From assembly GCA_963765895.1 (NCBI GenBank), contig CAVXZB010000016.1:1-53271 (forward strand): 53,271 nucleotides of DNA, in the 5' to 3' direction. The stretch is from an uncultured Nitrososphaeraceae archaeon (GTDB lineage: Archaea; Thermoproteota; Nitrososphaeria; Nitrososphaerales; Nitrososphaeraceae). Positions 44,232-53,271 of this stretch are shown piece by piece (positions within the stretch are counted from its first letter, which is position 1; every line of letters begins with the position of its first letter). Below the pieces are notes generated by a model. The model worked only from the letters and a program-made list of their open reading frames with translations, did no database searches and was not told the origin of the DNA. A program made the translations under genes and the position numbers.

Positions 44232-44822
44232 TCACAATGAACATATCAAATTGTCAATGTATATAGATTGCTCTGTATATCTCGTTCGTAGCAAACACCT
44301 TATTTTGAATAATTGCAAAAGATTGCAAATTCAGGTAATTTAATTGAAAACCATACAACATACAACATATTATTCTCATTATATTGATCTGAATGGAAAA
44401 GGGATGACATAAATAAACGATGATAGGGATCGACTTCAGCAATAATAAAATTGAATCAATAGTCGTACTTGATAAAAAGTAACTATCTTACATTATTTTA
44501 CATCATTTTAATGCCTAAACACTAGAATGGCTACATCTACTCAATATTTCAGGGAAACGCATGACAAATATAATTTCCAGACATTCAATCATGTGACATA
44601 TGTGTAATATCATTTTATCCTTACCACTTGTTACGAATTCTTGAATTTTGATCGCTAGTTCTTGATACAAAGGTAAGACTAAATCCTTCAAAAGTCATAA
44701 ACATTAAAAGAAAAGTGCTAGCATTATTAAGAGTAATACACATTCATTTTAATAATTTTCACTATTTTATAAAATATGAAATTCAAATAGAAAACCATAA
44801 TAAAGATAGGACTCAAATAAAA

Positions 44823-45942
44823 ATGGTTTTAGTATTGAGTCAGGATTTTGTTAAAATCGCTGATACAAAGGATATCCAACCTTCACATTTAAAAGAAGTT
44901 CAAGTTGAGGGTGAGAATATCTGTATAGTTAACGTAGAGGGAAAGTACTATGCAATTGGCAGTATTTGTCACGCATGAGGGAGGTCCTCTAGCTGATGGC
45001 ACGCTTGAAGGTTATGAGGTTGAATGTCCCTGGCATGGCTCCAAATTTGATGTAAGAACAGGAGAGGTGACAAGCCCCCCTGCAAGTGAACCCGAACCAG
45101 CCTATGAAGTAAAAGTAGATGGCAATAGCATACTAATTAAGAAACAAGGTAAAAGTAAATCTTCTCTCCAAATTGAGCTAACACTATTAGAAAAAGATGT
45201 AGTTGAAGGTACTGATGTAATATCATTTAAATTTAGTAAACAGAATGGTCAATTACAAGACAAAACACTATTGGATTACGCTGCAGGTCAATTTGCTTTT
45301 TTTGATATAGGCGGAGTCTATAATAATCCCAAAGGTCCAATCAGACATTTTACTATTTCATCTTCTCCTACTGAGAGTTTCATAATGTTCAGCACTAGAA
45401 TCAGAGATTCTCCCTATAAGAAGAGACTTTCAACTTTAGAGTCTGGCACAAAAGTCAAGGTAAGAGGTCCTGAAGGGCAATTTGTATTAAATCAAGACTA
45501 CTCAAAACCTGCCGTATTTCTCTCTGGTGGCATTGGAGTAACACCATTTAGAAGTATGATAAAATATGCTACCGACAAACAACTGCCATTAAAAATAGTG
45601 ATGTTTGATTCTAATCGGAACAGTAACAACATTTTATTCAAAAAAGAGTTTGATGACTGGGTGAACATTAATAGAAATCTGAAGATTATCTATACAATCA
45701 ATGAAGGAGAAGATAGACAACATGAGCAATCGTCTTCTGCTGCAAAAAATGATTGGAAAGGAGAATATGGGAGAATAGACAAAGCAATGATTTTGAAGTA
45801 TCTAGATACTAACGAACTGAACAATTCAATATTTTATATCTGTGGTCCTCCTAGCATGTTAAAATCTATGCAGTCTTTGCTCCAAGAAGAATTGGAGATT
45901 CCAAAAGAAAGAATCAAAGTTGAAGAGTTTACAGGTTATTGA
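44823..45942 (+). CDS. Rieske [2Fe-2S] - FNR-type reductase fusion; 1-bp frameshift near 44970
   Basis: ORFs join as GSIC-THEGGPL...CPWH, then RHFTISS, SGGIGVTP, YICGPP, EEFTGY. Confidence 0.88.
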
Positions 45943-46002
45943 TTGTCAATTGTATATCTAGATATACATGATGCATTATAATAAATTAAAGTATAGTAAT
46001 AA

Positions 46003-46476
46003 ATGACTATGATCAGCAGAAGAATAGATTTTAACGAACCAATACCACAAATGATTGAACGACTAAAATCAGAACATCGTAGCTTTGAATCCAAAATAGC
46101 AGAAGTACAAGGTAACATTAACAATAACGATATTGAACATGCAACGAAAATAATACGGAGCATGATCGATAAGGTCACTCACCATGCCGTTGAAGAAGAA
46201 GCCAGGCTTATGAGAGTAATTATGCAAAAGGCAAAAGATGAATCTCACAAGTCTATCAAAATTATGCAAGAACATAACTGGGTAATAGATTTTTTTAAAA
46301 ACAAACTTGAAGATATTGAAAACAGGATAAATTCCGAGGTTGACTCAAAGAATCATACTGATAAAAAGGAACAATCCAAGAAAGAATTAACCGAATTCAT
46401 AACGAACTTGAGAAGTCATTTTTCTGAAGAAGAACAAATAGTTTTTCCATTGGCACTAAAAGCAGATCTATTATAA
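46003..46476 (+). CDS. hemerythrin / HHE cation-binding domain protein
   Basis: EH, HAVEEE, QEH, HFSEEEQIVFP motifs. Confidence 0.88.
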   Translation: MTMISRRIDFNEPIPQMIERLKSEHRSFESKIAEVQGNINNNDIEHATKIIRSMIDKVTHHAVEEEARLMRVIMQKAKDESHKSIKIMQEHNWVIDFFKNKLEDIENRINSEVDSKNHTDKKEQSKKELTEFITNLRSHFSEEEQIVFPLALKADLL

Positions 46477-46657
46477 TCATTAAGGTATTAACAAGCAAAT
46501 AGAATGTTAGTTGGTTATTAAATTATCATTATCATTGTCCTTGGTTTATAACGAATAATATAATTAAATACAGACTGTAAACAATTAATAGCTAGTTAGA
46601 AATCTTCAATTGGTTTTATTTCTAAATTAGAAAGCCCATCTTTTGATAAAAAATAAA

Positions 46658-47199
<542 letters not shown>

Positions 47200-47797
47200 G
47201 TTATTACTTTACCTATTTTTGTTATTAATCTAGCTCTTAACCATCAACATGACAATAACCACAATCACAGATCTGATGACCGAAATTCTTGCATTTGGTA
47301 ATGTATGGATTCAAGTGAATTGATGTTTTGATAATTAATTCTTGACTTTGTTTCATTTCAGTGAAATATTTACAATATAATGTAAAATATTTTTATACAA
47401 GATCTTATTATAACTCAAAAACATCTGCTGATAAATCCGCAGCTTAGCTGATTTCATATTCTAATTACATTAAAATATAAACTCTTTTTTTAATGGATGA
47501 CCAGGTACGCAAATACTCTATTCCTATCTCTCGCAATGCTGATTCATACTCAAAGCGTCCACAAAGATCATTATTTCTGCTACTGCTATATCCAGTACCA
47601 TATCTGTTACTGACTGAAATTTGCCAGACACTCCATTAACAAGTTTTTTTTGATTCCCTCTACTCAGCATTAGCAGAAGAGATGTTCGATCACTGTTTTG
47701 ATCTCTCCGCTACAATCCTTAACATAATTAACTATATCAATAGTAAACAAATTTACTTTCATTTAGTAGCATCTTGGGAAGCTATTATAACATATTA

Positions 47798-49309
47798 CTA
47801 ATTCTTTAATGCGTAAAGTTTGTAAAGCTTTCCTGTCTGTCTATCGGTGTATTTCCAGTCCTCAATATTATATTTAACCTCTGTAAATTTAATCTTTATT
47901 TCTGGATGCAATATGTCATAAACATCTTGACCTATTGTAATTGTATCTGGATTAGTTAATGAAGTTAGCTTCGCAGTTACATTCATGCAGTATCCAAGAA
48001 TATCAATAAAAGAGCTTCTATCATGCCCATATTGGACTATTACATTTTCCCCCTCATCTATACCTATTTTCACAGAAAGCTCTGGATAATCATATTGTTT
48101 TAATATTGGATTAATTCCCTTTCTGATAACAGTTATCATTGAATTTGCGCATTGAACCGCTTTATCACATGCTAATAATTTATTGTAGCCAGATGGGAAA
48201 AATGCAATAATCGCATCACCAACATATTTTAGCACATAACCGCCATAGCTACGCACAGTACAAGTCATTTCATATGTAAATGCTCTAACTATAGTGACCA
48301 TTTTATCAACTGGCAAAGTCATGCTCATTTTAGTTGAGCCAACTAAATCTGCATACATTATTACGAGTGAAACCTTTGAATTGACATGGTTAAAGAGATA
48401 AGCTTGGCTATCTTTTAATGAAGAATCATATAGATATTTGCCCTCTAATGCTTTCCACATCCTGTCTTGTGTTCTAGCTACCAGTGTTTGCGAATCAACT
48501 ATTTCTAAGGGAGCAGATACTGGTATTTGTGACGCTGATGTCGCTGCATTTTCAGACTGCTGATTATCACCCATTATCATATTAACTATTGATTTGGATG
48601 TATTATTGACCTTATAATTGTCATCTTCCTTATTCTCTTCTTTCCATTTTCTATAAACTGACAAAGACTTTTTAGTTGTTTTTTTATGTTGACGATATTT
48701 GGTCCTTCCTATTTCTTCTCCTCCTTTAATTCCTTTAGAATGTGATTCAGGATATGCTTCGTCATTTATTTTCTCAATATGCTCCCCTGTAGGTAATGGT
48801 GCATTTCTATCTATCTTGTATATACTTGCTAGTTCTGGAAAGTCAATATTCAAAATTACATTTCTACCTACTTCTTTTATTTTTGATTTGGGAACATCAA
48901 ATCTATAGTTGTGGTCACCAAATATTACTATCTTGTCATCTGTTTCTTTCATTACATGTCCTACATGGTCTTCATTTAGAACTCTGACTCCTTTGTTAAA
49001 CAGTCCTTTTGGATATTTCCTTTCATAAGTTGCTAAATCTATATTTTTACCCTGCGTCCATTGTTCTATTGGTACAGTTGTAGGTAATGGTTCTTGACGA
49101 TTTATTTTATAGCTGTTTGCAATTTCATAAAGATTAAGACCAATTAACACATTTCTTCCAGTTGTTTGTATTTCAGATTTAGGTATATCATACCTGTCAT
49201 TTCCTTCTCCAAATACAACTATCTTATCAAAAGTTTCTCTTACTACATGTCCAATATATGGAGAGTCTAACGCCATTACTCCTCTATTAAAATACTTGCC
49301 CGTAGTCAT
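47798..49309 (-). CDS. class III adenylate cyclase with two tandem N-terminal repeats
   Basis: YADLVGST, KYVGDA, KIGID, DILG..MNVTAKL; two ~70-aa repeats (GHVVRET...YDIPKS and GHVMKET...FDVPKS); start MTTGK at 49309. Confidence 0.9.
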   Translation of the reverse strand: MTTGKYFNRGVMALDSPYIGHVVRETFDKIVVFGEGNDRYDIPKSEIQTTGRNVLIGLNLYEIANSYKINRQEPLPTTVPIEQWTQGKNIDLATYERKYPKGLFNKGVRVLNEDHVGHVMKETDDKIVIFGDHNYRFDVPKSKIKEVGRNVILNIDFPELASIYKIDRNAPLPTGEHIEKINDEAYPESHSKGIKGGEEIGRTKYRQHKKTTKKSLSVYRKWKEENKEDDNYKVNNTSKSIVNMIMGDNQQSENAATSASQIPVSAPLEIVDSQTLVARTQDRMWKALEGKYLYDSSLKDSQAYLFNHVNSKVSLVIMYADLVGSTKMSMTLPVDKMVTIVRAFTYEMTCTVRSYGGYVLKYVGDAIIAFFPSGYNKLLACDKAVQCANSMITVIRKGINPILKQYDYPELSVKIGIDEGENVIVQYGHDRSSFIDILGYCMNVTAKLTSLTNPDTITIGQDVYDILHPEIKIKFTEVKYNIEDWKYTDRQTGKLYKLYALKN

Positions 49310-49937
49310 GTAGACAATATATAACAATATATCACAAGCAATAAGAAACTTGCTAATAAGAAGAGTATTCATGATAAACCAATCTTTAGCGAATATTTTG
49401 ATGAAATCATAGAGACGTAACACAATCATGGGCCAGCATACGCCAGATCCACAGATCCTAAATACTATGGATATGAATCTATAACTTTGTATGATGTTTG
49501 ACTTACAATCATATTGAACTATACTGGCCACATACTATAGTAATAATTGTAATAATGTTCTGATCGTACGCTCGCAACGTTGTAGAAGAGATGTGACTTT
49601 TCCTGCAATCGTATTTCTGTCCAGAAATTGACATTTTCATAAATAATTCTAACAGGTTTGCCTTCTGCTGATGGGAACTGTGTGATCTCAAGATCGGTAA
49701 TCAAATTATCATATACATTGGCCCGTCTTGAATCCACATGTAACGGAATTAGTTTCCGAAATCCTATTCTATAAAGTTGAATTAGTGTTTGGACGAGGAT
49801 TGTTTTAGTATTACTAGAGATATCATTTTCATTTTTAATAATATCTCGGCTAACTCTTCGTTTTAGCCCGAATGTTTATATCCTTATTGACATTATTATC
49901 TATTGATGAGTTATTTTCCATTTTTTTGATCACTCCT

Positions 49938-50132
49938 TTATAGCTCTGCTTTCCTTACAACAAGTGAATCGTCAAGGATACTGCATTTTACGTAGTCACC
50001 CTTGGTAAATCTTAATCTCTCTACAAAGTCCTTGGGTATAACCAACACGAATGTTGTTTCCTCATGTATAGCCTGTATCTTGCGTACTTCTGGTTTTTCT
50101 GTATTGGATATATTATACATATCATAATCCAT
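49938..50132 (-). CDS. AbrB/MazE/SpoVT-family DNA-binding protein
   Basis: VRKIQ...FVLVIPKDFVERLRFTKGDYV...LVVRKA. Confidence 0.85.
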   Translation of the reverse strand: MDYDMYNISNTEKPEVRKIQAIHEETTFVLVIPKDFVERLRFTKGDYVKCSILDDSLVVRKAEL

Positions 50133-50228
50133 CCCAAGGAGGTAAGTACTTGAGAACTATTAGTCAGGAATTAAGCGTGACTGTCACAGTTAGAGTACTT
50201 TGATTAATAATAGAGGAGAGTAGAGTAT

Positions 50229-51365
50229 CTAACAATCGGTCAATCTTTGATTTCTTGTTTTGTCATCCTGCTCTCCCTCTTCATTCTCGTCTTCTATTCC
50301 TGGTAGTTCTCCGGATTCTCTTAGCTCTTCCAATTTTGCAATAATTTTTTGGATGCTTTTGTCCTCTTCTTGCACTATGTACCTTAAGCTTTCATCAATC
50401 TCGTCTTTCTTGTCATCAACCTGCAATAATCCTTTTACTTCTTTAAGTTGTGATTCCTTAATCTCTTCCCACTTTGATGTATAGACTTGTTTAGTATATT
50501 TTGTAATATATTCTAAAAACTCATTTATTTTGTCTGGATAGTAATCCTGTGGTTTTGGTTCTGGCACAATTCCTCTGTAATCTCTCGGACCGGGAAAGTC
50601 CGTCTCTAGCTGATGAACAATGTACTTCCAAAATACTTCAGGTCCAACTTTTTGGATTATCGAATCTAGTTCTATACGCTTTTCTTGTAAATATGGATCA
50701 TCCTCCTCCCTAAACAGTTTGGGATTTGGGGCATACTCTTCTTCTACATCCTCTAAATCTATATCATCATCATAACCATTATCCTGCAGCCATTTCACGA
50801 CGTCTTGACTGATACCAATCCTCTTGATATTAATACGCATTTTTTCATTAGCCCTTCGCCACATGTTTATTCCATCAATATCGAAGTCAGTCAGAACACA
50901 AACGTTAATACGGCCAGCTTCATGTGCCAGTCTCATTAAATCTGTTACATAATCTACAAAGTGTCCAGCAGTTGCAACTAGTGCAATACGATACTTTTGT
51001 GCAGCATCAAGTAATACATCTGTGATACCCTCTTTTTCGACAATAATCATATCAGTTACTTTTATTCTGGCAAGTTCCTCTTTACTATCAAAGCTAACGG
51101 GATATACACGGCCGTTGATGTATAACATGGCCCTCGCTTTTGCAACAATTCCTAAAGACTCCCTTGTAACACTGCCATCTGGCCACAATTCCTTTATGAC
51201 TTTGTTAATACTGCTTGTAAAGCCTTTTCTAACTGTATTCCAATCATATATTTCTCGTCCTTTACTATCAGTTACCTTATTTCTTGGTTTAAATCCTGCA
51301 GATATCATCTTGGGTCTTTCTCTATACCAACTACCAGATTGTGTGAGTCTATCCTTAACCAGAGT
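50229..51365 (-). pseudogene. TopoVI-A/Spo11-like Toprim protein, 5'-truncated
   Basis: IIVEKEG and LTDFDIDG Toprim motifs, RIGI, RIELDS; frame open upstream of the ATG at 51308 through DRLTQSGSWY with no earlier start. Confidence 0.7.
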
Positions 51366-51822
51366 TAGGGGAAATGGCGGCGGTAAATATCCATTTCATT
51401 ATCTGGAGATGTTAGAGTATGTTTTTGGCAGGGAAGAGAATACAATTGAAGTGTGCAGTGGAAGTGTTGCTGAGAAATGTGTTACTGTGGATCTCAATCC
51501 AGAAACAAATCCTCAAATTGTTGATGATGGACAGATTCTAAATAAGATTCCAAATGATATATTCAATCGATGGAGATGTGACCCTCCATACAATGAAAAT
51601 ACAGCCAGAAAGATGTACGGAACCGATTTACCAAAACCAATAAGATTACTTGAGGCAGGAGCAAGAGTCTGTAAAAAGGGATCTCTAATGTTCATGCTAC
51701 TAGGTCCAAAGAATTATCAGTGGCATCCTAGAGGTACGAAGCGAATTGCGTACATTGACATGACAGTAGTTCCTAACAATGAGGTTAGATGTCTTAATAT
51801 CTTCTATAAGTATGGAGATTAG
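51366..51822 (+). pseudogene. compact amino-methyltransferase-like protein (DPPY), probably 5'-truncated
   Basis: GKYP, IEVCSG (motif I-like), VTVD, DPPY (motif IV); the upstream part of ORF 51022 is only antisense to the Toprim gene. Confidence 0.6.
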
Positions 51823-51936
51823 TATTTAATGCCTCGAGCAGCCGGTTGATTTCTCTCTGTCTAGGCTTTTGTGCGAGGAGCATCAGACCACTAACTGATT
51901 ACCGCTAGCTACCGGGCTTAACGTGAATAGACATTT

Positions 51937-53215
51937 TTATAATAATATACTCGAATTAGCGATCCTATCCTTCTTCAACTTCTCAATTTCTTTTGTTAGT
52001 GTCATTACCTGATCAGATAAAGCCGCTATTGCATCAATATTTGATGAATTTCCGTCCGACAATATAGCAATTGCCTGTTCTTTTTCGTATAGCTGAGACT
52101 TAATATTAGTCTCATTGTTTCTTGTCTCTTCTTCAATTTTCTTTATTTGGCTTTGAAGCCTGTGTTCGCTGCCTATTGTAAGTACTGGGACTGCCTTTAA
52201 ATAGTCATCTAAAAGCTCTTTTTCTGTGGCTCTATAGTAAGAATCAGAGATGCCTACTGAATGCCCCATCAATTTTTCTATATTTATTGGCTTCATTCCG
52301 GCAATTTCACATTGAGTCTTGTACCACTTTCTAAAACCATGGTCGGTCTGAAACTCATGGCGTCTCCTGCCGAACTCTAATTCAGTTCTAATACCTTGAG
52401 CCCACAGAGCTCGTTCCACTAACCTTCTAATTCCTACCGATTGTAATTTGATTGGCTCGTTAATCTTTCCTTTTTCTTCTTTCTTTGGTAGTTTAGCAGC
52501 GTTCCACAGATCTCTCATAACCCAACTGTCTTTACTGATTTGTTCTCCCGAGGCACTGCGATGCTTCATCCATGACTCTAAAGATAAGTAAGCTTTCTGG
52601 TGTTATGAATGTGATATAGTCATCATCATCTTCAGCATACACATTGATTTTCGCACCAAGTAATTTGCTATCTCTGGTTATTGGAGAAAGATGATTCCAT
52701 TTTAAATGGTCCCAGGCTCCTACTCTTATTCCAGAAGAGGCCATAGTGTACACGATTGGTTTTATTCTTCTATCAGGATATTCTATAATTTTACGAATCT
52801 CTTCTATGGTAGGCGCTCTATCATCTGCATATCTTTTTCCTCTTGGCAATCCTCTAGTAACCTTCTTCCACTGAATGGCTATATCTGTCACCTCACAAAA
52901 CATCTTGATCGTTTTGACATAGTTACGCATTGTGCTTGCTGTTATTTCCTTTCTTTCTACTCTCTCTTTTTGGGAGTGTAGAAATCTGAGGATATTGCTA
53001 AAAGCCCAGTTAGATTCATTTCTACCCCTATAAGCAAACATATTACAACGTTTATCCATAGATTCACCTTCACAAAAATTAATAGAATCAAAGAATCTAC
53101 GCAACCGTCTAAGATACGACTCTTTAGTATAAGGAGATCTGATAGCGTATACAAACATACTGTAAGGGTCTATGAACACTTCTTCCTTTTGAACATGATA
53201 ATGGTTCTCTGTCAA
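51937..53215 (-). mobile_element. tyrosine recombinase/integrase, one frameshift near 52590
   Basis: DPYSMFVYAIRS, DRAPTIEEIRKIIEYPDRRIK, GIRVGAW, HGFRK, LMGH, SYYR, coiled-coil tail. Confidence 0.9.
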
Positions 53216-53271
53216 CTCTTGATTTCACTTTTTTATTCTCACGAGTCCCTTTAGAGAACTATTATCAGTGC

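Noticed and set aside
49310-49737. N-terminal extension of the cyclase ORF to 49531 and ORF 49519..49737
   Set aside because: Domain similarity starts at MTTGK (49309); the upstream residues have no recognisable motif and may be decayed sequence
49938-50132. Type II toxin-antitoxin pair
   Set aside because: No VapC/MazF-like toxin gene follows the AbrB gene
51022-51365. First ~115 aa of ORF 51022..51822
   Set aside because: Antisense of the Toprim gene; methyltransferase-like sequence begins only near 51366
51831-51918. Complete tRNA gene
   Set aside because: No T-arm consensus or canonical cloverleaf spacing; kept only as a low-interest structured element

Overview
AT-rich archaeal accessory DNA. 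Gene families and style (thaumarchaeal-type integrases, Zfx-type ferredoxins, DpsL, TATA/BRE leaderless promoters, poly-Asn tracts) point to a soil Nitrososphaeraceae (Nitrososphaerota); this is an inference and no marker gene is present. Layout: (1) 1.4-5.0 kb detoxification oxidoreductase cluster (Zn-ADH, SnoaL, SDR, ABM fragment, FMN reductase) beside a tyrosine integrase preceded by a tRNA-3'-like att candidate; (2) 7.3-14.4 kb secreted-protein block including a Gly-rich/Cys-rich tandem-repeat protein immediately followed by an S8 subtilase; (3) 12.9-23.5 kb patchwork of gene relics (IS transposases, ComA, Lrp, iteron-like repeats, second integrase); (4) 24-49 kb largely intact redox/stress island (patatin, NDH-2, aldehyde and alcohol dehydrogenases, Rieske and Zfx ferredoxins, CBS-zinc finger, stand-alone SdhA/FrdA-like flavoprotein, DpsL, UDG, DUF488, pyruvate oxidase, malic enzyme, Rieske-FNR fusion, hemerythrin, class III cyclase with tandem N-terminal repeats); (5) 49.9-53.2 kb integrated-element remnant (AbrB, TopoVI-A/Spo11-like Toprim protein, DPPY methyltransferase, third integrase). 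Many genes carry 1-bp frameshifts that may be long-read errors. No rRNA, complete tRNA or CRISPR array was seen. All product calls come from motif recognition by eye, not database searches.
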